NCBI GenBank assembly: GCA_031266385.1 | Contig: JAISBC010000045.1 | Coordinates: 1 to 55,690, forward strand | Source of the DNA: Holosporales bacterium | Lineage (GTDB): Bacteria; Pseudomonadota; Alphaproteobacteria; RUG11792 | Direction of reading: 5' to 3' | Length of the DNA: 55,690 nucleotides | Shown here: piece by piece, positions 45,187-55,690 of the stretch | How the letters are laid out: every line of letters starts with the position of its first letter | Numbering within the stretch: position 1 is the first letter of the stretch | Notes under the pieces: generated by a model | What the model was told of the DNA's origin: nothing | Seen by the model: only the letters and a program-made list of their open reading frames with translations | Database searches by the model: none | Program-made: the position numbers and the translations under genes

Positions 45187-46975
45187 CGGATATCTTCAGG
45201 GCCTCGATGAATGCCTTCTGAGGAATTTCTACGCTCCCGAATTGCCTCATTCGACTTTTACCTTCCCTCTGCTTTTCCAGCAGTTTCCGTTTCCTAGTAA
45301 TATCTCCTCCGTAACATTTTGCCAGGACGTCTTTCCTAAATGCGGAAACGGTTTCCCTGGCTATAACCTTCCCTCCGATGGCCGCCTGGATCGCGATCTT
45401 GAATAGCTGTTTAGGAATGAGATCTTTTAATTTCATGCATAATGCCCGGCCCCTTTTTTCCGCCTTATTTCTATGAACTATAATGGATAGGGCATCAACT
45501 GGCTCGCCATTCACCATGATCGTGACCTTTGCCAAATCCCCGGTCCTGTATCCGGTCGTCTGGTAATCGAAAGAGGCATACCCCTTTGTCGTCGATTTTA
45601 GTCTATCATAAAAATCGAAGACGATCTCATTGAGGGGAAGATGATACTGCACGATCACCCTACTCCCCGTGAAATGAACATCGATCTGCTCACCACGTTT
45701 ATCCTCGCACAGAGCCAGGACGTTCCCCAAGTATGTCTCAGGGACGATGATGGTCGCCTTAATCCACGGCTCTTCCATTTCATCGATTTTAACTTGCTCC
45801 GGCATCTCGGCCGGATTGTGGAGGCTCGTGATTTCTCCATTCGTAAGATGGATGTTATAAACTACGCTCGGGGCCGTCATGATAATATCGATATTAAATT
45901 CTCTCTCCAGGCGCTCCTGGATGATTTCGAGATGCAGAAGACCCAGGAAACCGCATCTAAATCCGAACCCAAGGGCAGCCGATGTTTCCATTTCATAGCT
46001 GAAACTCGAATCGTTGAGGTGCAGCCTTTGAAGGCTCTCCTTCAATTTCTCGAATTCTGAGGCATCTATCGGGAAGATACCACAAAAGACGACGGGTACC
46101 GACGGCTTAAACCCCTTTAATGGGGCATCGCATGGTTTTCTGTCTTCCGTTATTGTGTCACCAACCTGGCAATCCGAAGCATCCTTAATACCGGCCGTTA
46201 TAAACCCTACCTCTCCGGCCGATAACTTTTCAGTCATCGTCTTTTTGGGGAGAAAATGCCCGACATTATCGACGGTATATGTCGCCCCGTTCGACATCAT
46301 CTTGATTTTAGTCCCGGCGATTATTGCTCCATCAAAGATTCTGACCAGAATGACGACCCCGAGATATTGATCATACCAACTATCGACCAAGAGGGCCCGC
46401 AATTTATCGGACTTAGAATCGACTGGAGCTGGTAATTTATTGACGATTGCCTCTAAGACATCGATTACTCCAGTCCCATTCTTCGCGGAAATCGGAATCG
46501 CCTCGGAAGCATCGATTCCGATTACCTCTTCTATCTGACTCTTTGCGGCATCGACGTCGGCTGCCGGTAAATCTACTTTATTCAGGACGACCACGATTTC
46601 ATGGTTACAGTCTATCGCGTGGTAGACGTTGGCCAGAGTCTGAGCCTCGACTCCCTGGGAAGCATCGACGACCAAAATCGATCCTTCGCAGGCGGTAAGT
46701 GATCGGCTTACCTCATAGGCGAAATCGACGTGTCCCGGAGTATCGATCAGATTCAGAATATACGTCTCACCATCGATCGATTTATACGAAAGTCTGACCG
46801 TCTGGGCCTTCACGGTAATTCCTCGTTCACGTTCGATATCCATGGAATCCAAAACCTGGTCTTTCATTTCCCTCTTTTCGAGGCCTCCGCATATTTCTAT
46901 GATCCGGTCGGCCAGAGTAGATTTCCCATGATCGATATGAGCTATAATCGAGAAATTACGTATCTTGTTTCGCAT
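45179..46975 (-). CDS. lepA: elongation factor 4
   Basis: [29 protein letters not shown], and the LepA-specific C-terminal domain. Confidence 0.97.
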   Translation of the reverse strand: MRNKIRNFSIIAHIDHGKSTLADRIIEICGGLEKREMKDQVLDSMDIERERGITVKAQTVRLSYKSIDGETYILNLIDTPGHVDFAYEVSRSLTACEGSILVVDASQGVEAQTLANVYHAIDCNHEIVVVLNKVDLPAADVDAAKSQIEEVIGIDASEAIPISAKNGTGVIDVLEAIVNKLPAPVDSKSDKLRALLVDSWYDQYLGVVILVRIFDGAIIAGTKIKMMSNGATYTVDNVGHFLPKKTMTEKLSAGEVGFITAGIKDASDCQVGDTITEDRKPCDAPLKGFKPSVPVVFCGIFPIDASEFEKLKESLQRLHLNDSSFSYEMETSAALGFGFRCGFLGLLHLEIIQERLEREFNIDIIMTAPSVVYNIHLTNGEITSLHNPAEMPEQVKIDEMEEPWIKATIIVPETYLGNVLALCEDKRGEQIDVHFTGSRVIVQYHLPLNEIVFDFYDRLKSTTKGYASFDYQTTGYRTGDLAKVTIMVNGEPVDALSIIVHRNKAEKRGRALCMKLKDLIPKQLFKIAIQAAIGGKVIARETVSAFRKDVLAKCYGGDITRKRKLLEKQREGKSRMRQFGSVEIPQKAFIEALKISDD

Positions 46976-46981
46976 ATGATC

Positions 46982-47230
46982 TTAGCGTTCCAGAGCTCTC
47001 TTATAAATCTCGAGGAGCTCCTCTTCTTCTTCGACATCCTCCTTCTTCATTTTTCTCATTTTTATGAGTTTCCGCAAGATTGATGTATCTAATCCCTGAG
47101 ATTTTGCCTCGGCTAGTGTATCTTTTATATCGGTCAGAATCTCAGCCTTTTTTTCTTCCAGAGTTTCGAGGCGAGATATGGCCTGTTTTATCAAATCGGC
47201 GGAAATGCTAAATCTGTCTAAGTCGCTCAT
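46982..47230 (-). CDS. gapR: DUF2312/UPF0335 protein (GapR-like nucleoid-associated protein)
   Basis: 82 aa. LIKQAISRLETLEEKKAEILTDIKDTLAEAKSQGLDTSILRKLIKMRK parallels the alphaproteobacterial GapR family. Confidence 0.75.
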   Translation of the reverse strand: MSDLDRFSISADLIKQAISRLETLEEKKAEILTDIKDTLAEAKSQGLDTSILRKLIKMRKMKKEDVEEEEELLEIYKRALER

Positions 47231-47233
47231 TTT

Positions 47234-47389
47234 TTATGAATCTCCTTTATTTTCATCATCTTTTAATCCATCCTTAAAGGCTTTTATGCCCCTAGCTAAG
47301 TCGTTCATTACTTTTGGCAGCTTCCCAGCCCCGAAGATGATGAGAACGATCACCATCACGATTAATAGGTGACTGATGCTAATTCCCAT
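47234..47389 (-). CDS. tatA: twin-arginine translocase subunit TatA/E
   Basis: [42 protein letters not shown]. Start at the internal ATG 47389 of ORF 47234..47479. Confidence 0.85.
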   Translation of the reverse strand: MGISISHLLIVMVIVLIIFGAGKLPKVMNDLARGIKAFKDGLKDDENKGDS

Positions 47390-47483
47390 AATACTACTCC
47401 CTCGCGATTGGAATAAAAGAAACTGCTCCGATATTCTACATCGAGCATAGCAAACCCAGCAAACTAATTCTTGATACAAGAAA

Positions 47484-47972
47484 TTACTGACTACTGCTCA
47501 TGGCACTAACGACACTGAGGGCTATGGAGTGGCCCAGATCGCTTATTAGTGCGTCTATTGAAGCCTGTCTCGAGGCCTTCCCTGAATACGGGAATTCATC
47601 GCTAACGTCATACATCGCTATGGAATCCACAGAGGTTTCACTAATGAGATTGTTTTCAGCATCGTATATTTCGATTTTGGCCACCATTTTTTTATGTTCC
47701 TTGATAATCTCCATCTCCGAAAAGGCGGCCGGTTCCTCCAGGTCAGTGATCGTTACTTTAATCTTTAGTTTTCGGAGATCGGCACCAAATGTCGCCAAAT
47801 CCCTCTCGATAATTTCTCGCAATTTAAATTGATGATAGGGATCTGCCTTAATATCAATGGCCGGAACCATGGGATTTCCTTTATCATTATCCAGTAGATA
47901 TCGAGTCGACGAACATCCACTCAACAGTAGCGTTAATCCACAGATCGCGTTTTTAATACTATTTCGTAGCAC
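47484..47972 (-). CDS. lipoprotein, LptE-like
   Basis: Lipobox LLLSGC. The two-lobed pattern [11 protein letters not shown]... and [25 protein letters not shown]...[19 protein letters not shown] resembles LptE. Start overlaps the infB 3' end by 40 nt. Confidence 0.45.
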   Translation of the reverse strand: MLRNSIKNAICGLTLLLSGCSSTRYLLDNDKGNPMVPAIDIKADPYHQFKLREIIERDLATFGADLRKLKIKVTITDLEEPAAFSEMEIIKEHKKMVAKIEIYDAENNLISETSVDSIAMYDVSDEFPYSGKASRQASIDALISDLGHSIALSVVSAMSSSQ

Positions 47973-50551
47973 TCGATTTGATCGCCCTCTAAAAAGTCAT
48001 TGAACCCATCCGCTAGGATTCCGCATTCATGAGATAGTTTCGACTCCTTGATCTCATCCTTTTCATGTTTCATCGATTTAATCTTACCTTCAAAGATGCA
48101 CTTCCCGCCCCGCATTACCTTTATCCTTGAATCACTACGCTTGACGATCCCATCGGTTACGCAGCATCCAGCGATCGTCCCGATTCGACTGATCGAAAAT
48201 ATCTTTCTAACATCAGCCGTTCCGATGTAATGTTCTTCGGCTATGGGAGATAACATCGATGCCATGATTTCCTTCAGCTCCTCGGTGACTCGATAAATGA
48301 TATTATGATGTAAAGTTTTGACTCCATATAGTTTCGCCAAATTCTTCGCGGCCGCGGTTGCGTTGGTATTAAATCCGATGATAGTTGCCCCGGTATTCTT
48401 AGCGAAATCGACATCACTTTCGCTGATGATTCCAACCCCTCTATCGACGACTTGAACCTTTATCTCGGGATGCTGAATGGCATTAACCGAGGCTACGATT
48501 GCCTCCAGAGAGCCAAACACATCAGCCTTAATGAAGATATTTAGGTTGGAAATACCACTACCTTCCTCACTCATCATCTGATCGATCGATTTAGTGGTCG
48601 CCCTCCTGGCCGCAGACCCAGACGTCACCCTCTGCCGATATTCGGCGATCTCTCTGGCCTTCTGCTCACTATCCAAAACCGATAAAATATCTCCAGGTTC
48701 CGAGGCCGAGTTAAATCCAACTATTTCGATCGGAGCAGATGGAATGGCAGATTCGATGCGATTTCCCTTATCATCATAAATAATCCTAACCTTACCGAAT
48801 GCATCACCGGCCACGAAAATATCACCACTCGACAAGGTTCCGTGTTGAATAACGACTGATGCGATAATTCCGCGCCCTTTGTCTATCCTCGATTCGAGGA
48901 CGGTTCCAACGGCCTTCCTACCTTTATTGGCCTTTAATTCCATCATTTCTGACTGCAGCAAGATAACATCCAACAGGCCATCTAAATTTTTGCCATGAAG
49001 GGCTGAAATCTCCACGCTTAAGACATCTCCGCCAAAATCCTCGAGGATGACGTCGTGAGTCAGCAACTCGGACTTTAATTTCTCAACATTAATGTTCGGC
49101 TTATCGATTTTGTTGATCGCGACGACGATCGGGACGTTAGAATGTTTGGCCTGATGTATGACTTCGATCGTCTGGTCCTTGACACCATCATCCGCCGCGA
49201 CGACGAGGACGATAATATCGGTCAGAACTGCACCTCTCGATCTCATTCCTGAAAATGCAGCATGACCAGGGGTATCGATGCAAGTTATCTTCTTGCCGCT
49301 CTTCGATATTATCTGATATGCGGCAACACCTTGGGTAATACCACCAGCCTCCTTCTTCGCCGTATTCGTATTCCTAAGGGCATCCAGAAGGGTCGTCTTC
49401 CCGTGATCAACGTGCCCCATGATGGCGATAATCGGAGGCCGTACTTCCATCGTCTCTGGATCATCGACAATATTTAAAAGCTCATTTTCGATATCGGCCT
49501 CAGAGATTCTTTTTGGGGTATGGCCAAATTCCTCACAAATTACTTCGGCCGTATCTCCGTCAATTTTTTGGTTGACCGTGACCATGGTCCCGGTAGACAT
49601 TAGGTACTTAACAACCTCGGAAGACCTAACGGCCATCCTATTCGCTAGTTCTCCGACCGAAATACTATCCGGTATGCTGACTTCCCGGACGACCCTCGTA
49701 GCATCATTATTGTGTCCAGAATTTTTCTGCTTCATTCTAGAGCGTTTCAATGATGCCATAGATCTCGAGCGCCCTTCTGGTTCGCTATTCATAACGCGAT
49801 CCAGAATCGTCCTCGAAATACGCCGCCCTCCGCTATCTTTTTTATCGGTGAAATTACTCTTTATCGATATTTTCCCTTTCCTATTGGATGCATCATCATC
49901 AGGTCCGCTCCTTGGTTTTACCCGAGCATTACCCGCGGGAATCGGCTGTGGTTTTTCTCGTGATGTCGCGGGAGACGCTGCGGCCGGTGATGATGAAGGT
50001 TTTTGTGGCTGGGTTCGTTTCCGATCATCATCATACACCCTAAATACTACGGGGCTCGAATTTGCCACTATCTCCTCTACGATTTGTTTCTTCGATTTTT
50101 GAGGGACAGTGGGTTTCCCTCGGATGACGGTCGGTCCACCTCCTTCTTCTTGTGTTTTGCTTTCCTCGGTCGATTGGTCGGCAATATCTGCCGTCTCTCG
50201 TGGTTCTGATTCATCTTCTGGATCTAGCTGTTCCGAACTGGATATATCTTCCTCAGTCTCATCATCTCTCATCGCCTCCTGCAGGGCCTTAACTCGAGCC
50301 TTAAATTCCCGATCTGTGAGATTACCATGAGCCGCTTGCTGTCCAGGGAAATCGATCCCGGGTAAGACTGGGCCCAATTTATCTGGGTCATCAGTTTCGA
50401 TCGTTAATCCGGATCTTTTTCGCTTTATTTCCACCTCGACGGTTCGATTGCCTGTGGAGCCTTTCCTGGAACTAATATCGACTGCAGACTTCAGGGAAAT
50501 AGTCTGCCGACCTTTACCATCGTTAATTTTTTGATCACTACCATCTGCCAT
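47933..50551 (-). CDS. infB: translation initiation factor IF-2
   Basis: Low-complexity N-terminus, then the GTPase domain (IMGHVDHGKTTLLD, DTPGH, NKID) and the C-terminal IF-2 domains. Confidence 0.97.
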   Translation of the reverse strand: MADGSDQKINDGKGRQTISLKSAVDISSRKGSTGNRTVEVEIKRKRSGLTIETDDPDKLGPVLPGIDFPGQQAAHGNLTDREFKARVKALQEAMRDDETEEDISSSEQLDPEDESEPRETADIADQSTEESKTQEEGGGPTVIRGKPTVPQKSKKQIVEEIVANSSPVVFRVYDDDRKRTQPQKPSSSPAAASPATSREKPQPIPAGNARVKPRSGPDDDASNRKGKISIKSNFTDKKDSGGRRISRTILDRVMNSEPEGRSRSMASLKRSRMKQKNSGHNNDATRVVREVSIPDSISVGELANRMAVRSSEVVKYLMSTGTMVTVNQKIDGDTAEVICEEFGHTPKRISEADIENELLNIVDDPETMEVRPPIIAIMGHVDHGKTTLLDALRNTNTAKKEAGGITQGVAAYQIISKSGKKITCIDTPGHAAFSGMRSRGAVLTDIIVLVVAADDGVKDQTIEVIHQAKHSNVPIVVAINKIDKPNINVEKLKSELLTHDVILEDFGGDVLSVEISALHGKNLDGLLDVILLQSEMMELKANKGRKAVGTVLESRIDKGRGIIASVVIQHGTLSSGDIFVAGDAFGKVRIIYDDKGNRIESAIPSAPIEIVGFNSASEPGDILSVLDSEQKAREIAEYRQRVTSGSAARRATTKSIDQMMSEEGSGISNLNIFIKADVFGSLEAIVASVNAIQHPEIKVQVVDRGVGIISESDVDFAKNTGATIIGFNTNATAAAKNLAKLYGVKTLHHNIIYRVTEELKEIMASMLSPIAEEHYIGTADVRKIFSISRIGTIAGCCVTDGIVKRSDSRIKVMRGGKCIFEGKIKSMKHEKDEIKESKLSHECGILADGFNDFLEGDQIECYEIVLKTRSVD

Positions 50552-52072
50552 CTAGAACCACCCCTCGCGGACCTTCATGATGAGGGTCTCGGCCTCACGT
50601 TTGCTCAACAAATCCCCGGTTATATCTAATAGCTCGTCCGTAGATAGGGCCCCCAGATCATCGAGGGTCTTGATGCCCTCATTCACCAATAACTCCAACA
50701 AATCAAGTCTAAGTAATTTATATTCCATCAAATCTTTTGCTACACCTTTCTCTGTACATAATTTCTCGATTTCTGCTTTTTTCCTATCCATTGCGGCTAC
50801 GGCGCGCTGCCTTATTTCGTTCGCTATATCCTCATCGAAGCCTTCGATGGAGGCAAGTTCAGCGGGCGAAGCGCTCACCAGATCCTCGATGCCAGAGAAT
50901 CCTTCTCCCATCAGGAGCCTGGCCACCATATCGTCGACATCGAGATTCTCCATGAACAGACTCCGAATTCTATTGCTTTCTCTCGCCCTATTTTCCGCAT
51001 CGTCTTTCTCGGTCGTAACGCTAATCGTATATCCCGTAAGCTTTGAGGCCAGTCTTACGTTCTGCCCTCTTCGCCCGATGGCCGCGCTCAGCTGATCATC
51101 CGGAACGATGGCATCGACCTTATTCCCAAATTCCTCTATCACGATTCTCGAGACGTTAGCAGGGGCCAAGCTATTCACAATAAAAATGGCCGGATTATCG
51201 GACCATTGGACAATATCGATCCGTTCTCCTCGCAGCTCATCGACGACGGCCTGCACCCTCGATCCTTTCGTTCCGACACAGGCTCCAATCGGATCCAGAT
51301 TTGGATCTGAGGTAGCAACCGCGACCTTTGCCTTGCTCCCTGGATCACGTGCGATCGACACTATCTTTATGATGCCATCGTAAATCTCTGGCACCTCTTG
51401 CTCAAACAATTTCCTTAAAAAATTTGGACTGGTCCTGGAGAGGTGCAGTAACGGCCCGGTCTGATCCTTATTCAGCCCACTCAGCAGGATCTTTATCCTA
51501 TCTCCAGGCTTAAAAATTTCATTCGGAATTAACTCGGATTTCCTGATGACACCCTCCGTCCTTCCAATATCGATGATAATATCAGAAAATTCGATTCTTT
51601 TTACGAGGCCGGTTATGATCTCTCCGACCCTGCCTTCGAATTCTTCATATTGCTTTTTCCTTTCTGCGGATTTTACCTTCTGGACGATGATCTGCCTCGC
51701 CGCATGGGCACCGATCCTCCCGAAATCGATCGCTGGTAACTGGTCATTAACAGTGTCTCCAATTTTTGCATCCGGATCCAACTGAATGGCGTCAGAGAGC
51801 GATATTTCCACATTCCTATCTTCAACATTTTCGACAATTTTTAAGGTCCTATAAATTTCGATATCGCCAGTCTTCCTATTGATCGTTACTTTTAATTCTC
51901 TCTCTTCACCATATTTCATCTGAGCAGTCTTTAAGATTGCGCACTCCATGGCACTCAGGATCTCATCACGATCTATCCCCTTATCCCTCGCGACAATATC
52001 CGCAACCTGCAAAATCTCGTTTTTAGCGGCTACATCATGAACCTTTGATTCTGCTTTTATTTTTTTGCTCAC
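50552..52072 (-). CDS. nusA: transcription termination/antitermination factor NusA
   Basis: N-terminal domain (EILQVADIVARDKGIDRDEIL), S1 domain, two KH domains (GACVGTKGSRVQAV, IGRRGQNVRLAS), C-terminal HhH repeats. Confidence 0.95.
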   Translation of the reverse strand: MSKKIKAESKVHDVAAKNEILQVADIVARDKGIDRDEILSAMECAILKTAQMKYGEERELKVTINRKTGDIEIYRTLKIVENVEDRNVEISLSDAIQLDPDAKIGDTVNDQLPAIDFGRIGAHAARQIIVQKVKSAERKKQYEEFEGRVGEIITGLVKRIEFSDIIIDIGRTEGVIRKSELIPNEIFKPGDRIKILLSGLNKDQTGPLLHLSRTSPNFLRKLFEQEVPEIYDGIIKIVSIARDPGSKAKVAVATSDPNLDPIGACVGTKGSRVQAVVDELRGERIDIVQWSDNPAIFIVNSLAPANVSRIVIEEFGNKVDAIVPDDQLSAAIGRRGQNVRLASKLTGYTISVTTEKDDAENRARESNRIRSLFMENLDVDDMVARLLMGEGFSGIEDLVSASPAELASIEGFDEDIANEIRQRAVAAMDRKKAEIEKLCTEKGVAKDLMEYKLLRLDLLELLVNEGIKTLDDLGALSTDELLDITGDLLSKREAETLIMKVREGWF

Positions 52073-52574
52073 GTAAGGAGTCTCCCTTTTTGTAATCTAA
52101 GAAGCCATCGATGTGTGCACTACTGATCTCGCTGTACTGCAAATCCACCTCTTCGAACCCATCTTGTAATTGCGCCACGGACCTTAAACTTATACCATCA
52201 TCCGTGGCCGATTCCAAGATTCCTTTAAATGTTTTTCGTCCATCCTTAAGAACATACGTCTTAACGACAACATTTTTCCCGCGAAATCTCTTGAAATCAT
52301 CTGGTTTGACTAATGGTCTATCAAGTCCAGTCGACGAGACTTCCAGCGAATAATGTTCCCTAATTGGGTCGAGGATATCTAGTTTTACTGATAGAGCCCG
52401 CCCGACATTCTCGCAATCTTTCATTGTAGCTGGAGTTTCATCCAATTTTTCTATCATTACCTGCAGGGTCTGACTTTTCCCGGATTTCGTGAGGGCCACC
52501 CTCACGATCTTGCAACCGCACGCCTTGACCAAAAACGATAACTCATACTCAATCTTCTCGAGCGAAATGGACAT
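52035..52574 (-). CDS. rimP: ribosome maturation factor RimP
   Basis: 179 aa directly upstream of nusA. LEVSSTGLDRPL motif. Confidence 0.85.
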   Translation of the reverse strand: MSISLEKIEYELSFLVKACGCKIVRVALTKSGKSQTLQVMIEKLDETPATMKDCENVGRALSVKLDILDPIREHYSLEVSSTGLDRPLVKPDDFKRFRGKNVVVKTYVLKDGRKTFKGILESATDDGISLRSVAQLQDGFEEVDLQYSEISSAHIDGFLDYKKGDSLREQKNKSRIKGS

Positions 52575-53118
52575 AAAAAGCGGCCCAACGGAAATACGGA
52601 GATATTGTTAGTCCAATGCATGGAATAAATCAAGCTACATTTTCGCAGGATATTCATTTTACTGCCCTTCCAGATCCAGCTATTGGAGGGAGCGGAGTAA
52701 CATCACAAATGACACAAGATTGAAATCATCTGATGGCGATCCATTATATTCCAACTTCAGATAAATAAAGGGTTCTCCTGAATAGCTCTATGCCTATGAA
52801 AACAATAGAGTACAATTCTGCCGCCCACCCACTTGGGAAAAAACCACAGAAGGACAGCCCATGGCGATAGGGGAATACTACGTGGCCCCCATCCCCTCAA
52901 AAGCAGAGAGTATAGTAATAGGGTAAGACATCGGGAATTCTGTAAAGACTCTAAAGGGAATTTCGAATTATATTTCCTTTATGGAATTAATGATACTTTA
53001 GTTCTCAAATTAAAAGGACTTGCAAATTACTTCCCAATAGTATAAAACAACTCGAGCAAATTTGGTAAAAGGAAGTTAGATCTATATGATGAGTTATCCG
53101 CACCCTCAGAATTAGATC

Positions 53119-54201
53119 ATGAGTAAAATGATGAGCAAAAAATATAAGAGAAAACAATTGTTCAGTGCAGCAAAGAAGGGAATTCTTGTAATTCTCTTGG
53201 CCATGTCTACGGTCAGTTGGGCCTCTGACCATGATGAAGATCGGAGGGGTGAAAACCCAAATGGAAATCCAATTGTCCCACTTGGTCGAATCAATGCGAC
53301 ATTGCGGGCAGCATTAGAGGCAATGCCGTGGTTCTCCTTCGAAGACCCTTTCCGGAAGGTCCGACAGTTGTTTGTCAGCCCTTACGGATTTCCAGTTGCT
53401 AGAGCTAGCATTCGATTGATTGAGCAGCAAAAGGCCGCAACACAGCCAGGCATAGATTATTATACCAGATATGGCATGGCTGCAAGATTACCTACAGATA
53501 TAGATTTTGGATTGCTGCCATCTCTCGAACGGGAAGACGCTTTAAGAGTGTGCCCATATCTCGGTGACCAATTCTTTCGAGATCTACCACCTCAATTAAA
53601 GAACTTTTTCCACATAATAACGTTTGACCCTAATGCTACCCCTGAACAAATGCAGCATTTAGTACAAGAATTAACCCCATTCGCCATCCCGAACTCCCCA
53701 CGCCAGGTTACCAGCTTCTTCCTTTTAGAAAGATACTATCAAGAAAGGGCCATAGAACACGGTCTAGCCCTTCGCATCTTCCAGAGGCACTTCATGTGGT
53801 TAAGAGCCCAATACGAAGCTGGGTGCAGACATTACGTTAGGTCGCAATTCAGACCAGAAAGTCCGTTTGGGCAGTATTTACTCGAGGTACTAGGAGAGAC
53901 TGGATCGTTCGCAGCCCCCGCAGTCATAGCTTGTAGGAGGTTGATGAGCTTAACTCCCAACTACCAACCCTTCCACGAACTATCGGAGTTAGCACGTCAT
54001 GCTGCCGAATTATTTCACATCCGCCAAGATATTCTGGAAGCACAACTCACCAATCTCGCCAGATCAGCGAATCACTATCAAGCACAAAGACCAGATCCAT
54101 ACTCCTCAAGATCACGCTACTTCCATGGAGTCCCTGACAACAACTTCAGATATCCAGGAATCCAGGTCCGAGTAGACGACGTCCATCAAGAGCATCCCTG
54201 A
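53119..54201 (+). CDS. hypothetical secreted protein
   Basis: 360 aa. Signal peptide KKGILVILLAMSTVSWA/SD. Helical-looking, Pro/Gln/Arg/Phe-rich. C/A-rich sense strand like the giant ORF. No family recognised. Confidence 0.55.
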   Translation: MSKMMSKKYKRKQLFSAAKKGILVILLAMSTVSWASDHDEDRRGENPNGNPIVPLGRINATLRAALEAMPWFSFEDPFRKVRQLFVSPYGFPVARASIRLIEQQKAATQPGIDYYTRYGMAARLPTDIDFGLLPSLEREDALRVCPYLGDQFFRDLPPQLKNFFHIITFDPNATPEQMQHLVQELTPFAIPNSPRQVTSFFLLERYYQERAIEHGLALRIFQRHFMWLRAQYEAGCRHYVRSQFRPESPFGQYLLEVLGETGSFAAPAVIACRRLMSLTPNYQPFHELSELARHAAELFHIRQDILEAQLTNLARSANHYQAQRPDPYSSRSRYFHGVPDNNFRYPGIQVRVDDVHQEHP

Positions 54202-54369
54202 TAATCTTCCCCTGGAGTCCTCGCAAGTAACCCTAAGAACAGCGCCCCTCCCCCTAATCTCCCCAGGTTCACATAGCAAAATATTATTAAGAGCTGTAAG
54301 TTCCCCCAAAGAGATCAGTTCGTATTCAACGTATTCCTCTGCTATTTTTTAGGGGCTTGCTCTCGGGCT

Positions 54370-55470
54370 TTAAGAGTAACTGGATCTAATCGTATATCCC
54401 TTTTTGCACCATTTCTTCACGGATTCATAATACTCCTTAAATTCTGAGTCGATCTCTGACAGCCGGACCAGTTTTCCGTCGGTTAGCACCAGAGGATCGA
54501 TCCCCCGGAATTTCGGGCGAAATACTTCCGTTATGAAGGATGGGTCATCGACTTCTTCCTCGTGCTTATCGCAGCGAGCCAGATTAAGCTTAATGATCTC
54601 GTCATCACTGCCGAGTAATTTGTCCAGGATTAAATCATCGGTCGAATAGATATCTTCTTCGGTAATTAACCCCAATTTTATGGCTCTTTTGACGGCATTT
54701 TTCATGTGAATATTCATCATTACGTTCCATTTTGCTCCCCAGAATTCCTGTGTAAATCGCACGGAGAGGGTAGCAAATTTTTTGGCGATGGCAGGATTCG
54801 TGAAGAGCCACTTCCCATCCTTGAACTGTAAGTCATCGACGATATCACGCGCCTCTCGATAGGAGATGAACCTGAATACGAGGCCAGTATGAATGTTATA
54901 TTGAATGCGATCGGCACACATATCCGGCAATGGTTGCTCTAATCTAGTAAATTCTCCACAATCCGGGTCAATATCTTCGACCCTTATTCCTAGTTTTTTC
55001 AGGAGCGTACCGGCCTTATTCTTTAGAAAAGTAAGATGAGTTGAATCCTGGTAGCTCTTTTCTGTGTAATTCATGACCTTCTTCGCGAATAAATAATCCC
55101 CGATGTGAGAGAAGGCCGTGTGGGAAGCATCGTGCAGGAGGCCGCTGATTTGCTCGAGCCTGGAAGCTCCAGTTTTCCGAAGTAAGGCCAGAACACCGAT
55201 TGAATGATCAAACCTCGAAAAGGCCGGAAGTTTGGGGCCAAAATACCTCGGCGGACCGGACTGATCTATTTTTTTTAATCTTTGCATCACGTCGGAATTG
55301 ATGATCTCTTTTAGGACGGCATCATCCTCCAGGACGGTCACCCAGATCGAATTCGGATCCCCCTCAACGATCGTATCTTTGATGCAATTTTTGATGGCCC
55401 AGAGGGCGAAGATACTCAGTATAACCGCCCCGAAGTACGTAATTTTTCTAGAGAATAAGCTCCCTACCAT
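54370..55470 (-). CDS. HD-domain metal-dependent phosphohydrolase with N-terminal TM segment
   Basis: RFDHSIGV...GLLHDASHTAFSH (HD motif), plus an N-terminal hydrophobic helix ITYFGAVILSIFALWAI. Confidence 0.7.
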   Translation of the reverse strand: MVGSLFSRKITYFGAVILSIFALWAIKNCIKDTIVEGDPNSIWVTVLEDDAVLKEIINSDVMQRLKKIDQSGPPRYFGPKLPAFSRFDHSIGVLALLRKTGASRLEQISGLLHDASHTAFSHIGDYLFAKKVMNYTEKSYQDSTHLTFLKNKAGTLLKKLGIRVEDIDPDCGEFTRLEQPLPDMCADRIQYNIHTGLVFRFISYREARDIVDDLQFKDGKWLFTNPAIAKKFATLSVRFTQEFWGAKWNVMMNIHMKNAVKRAIKLGLITEEDIYSTDDLILDKLLGSDDEIIKLNLARCDKHEEEVDDPSFITEVFRPKFRGIDPLVLTDGKLVRLSEIDSEFKEYYESVKKWCKKGYTIRSSYS

Positions 55471-55496
55471 ATATGCCCCAGTCGATCGTAAAAATT

Positions 55497-55690
55497 TTAG
55501 TGGTGATCGGCAGTGTAGTTTATTCGATCCAGCAAATCAACATTTCCCCGAGCTCGTGCATGGCCTGCACCCTTAGCACCCCACATGTCTTGCTTATGCG
55601 AAGAAAACTTATAAAATGCTCCTAAAGTTGTTTGGCCAGAGACATAAATCGTGAGCATTTCATCAGGTAGTATCGTCAACGTTTCAGACA
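55497..55690 (-). CDS. 3' end of an unidentified gene entering from the right edge
   Basis: The frame of ORF 55497..55679 stays open to position 55690 (...SETLTILPDEMLTIYVSGQTTLGAFYKFSSHKQDMWGAKGAGHARARGNVDLLDRINYTADHH-stop). No family recognised. Confidence 0.3.
   Translation of the reverse strand, partial: SETLTILPDEMLTIYVSGQTTLGAFYKFSSHKQDMWGAKGAGHARARGNVDLLDRINYTADHH

Noticed and set aside
49419-51095. Plus-strand ORFs antisense to infB and nusA (49419..50102, 50577..51095)
   Set aside because: infB and nusA are unambiguous on the minus strand. The antisense frames are Ser-rich artefacts of purine-rich coding strands.
1-55690. CRISPR arrays, rRNA genes, IS elements, integrases, toxin-antitoxin pairs
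   Set aside because: No regularly spaced direct repeats, no rRNA-like conserved blocks, and no transposase, recombinase or small paired ORFs with recognisable motifs were seen on either strand.

Overview
This window looks like a gene-dense chromosome segment from an alphaproteobacterium. The pointers are a GapR/DUF2312 protein, CarD, the rsmG-parA-parB block and the rimP-nusA-infB-...-lepA operon. An obligate-intracellular lifestyle (Rickettsiales/Holosporales-like) is my inference from tight gene packing, one truncated gene, one gene with an unresolved start, and scattered pathway remnants. Most of the 55.7 kb is housekeeping: murE, waaA, mreC, mrdA, clpX-clpP-tig, dnaJ, gatC, thrS, pyk, fabF-acpP, potAB, lepA, infB, nusA and seven tRNAs that all encode CCA. 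I saw no rRNA, CRISPR array, transposase or integrase.

The parts that stand out:
1. A 2,119-aa Sec-signal ORF (38531-44890) built from about ten diverged ~155-aa modules. I recognise no known family in it. This is the best candidate for something undescribed.
2. A ~1.2-kb insertion at the 3' end of clpX, bounded by a 116-bp imperfect duplication of the clpX terminus. It carries one secreted orphan ORF.
3. Two orphan contractile-injection/T6SS-like genes: a gp25/TssE-like gene abutting dnaJ and an Hcp-like tube gene. They sit next to a soluble histidine kinase and an unusual HTH(XRE)-receiver regulator.
4. Further secreted orphans whose sense strands are C/A-rich, unlike the housekeeping genes.
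5. A potA 5' end with no canonical in-frame start; an ATG lies one frame off upstream of an A8/T8 tract.
6. Three parS-like sites and one perfect DnaA box near rsmG-parAB, which may mark an origin-proximal region.
7. Orphan nuoD and nuoI-like genes.

All family calls come from reading motifs by eye. No database search was run.
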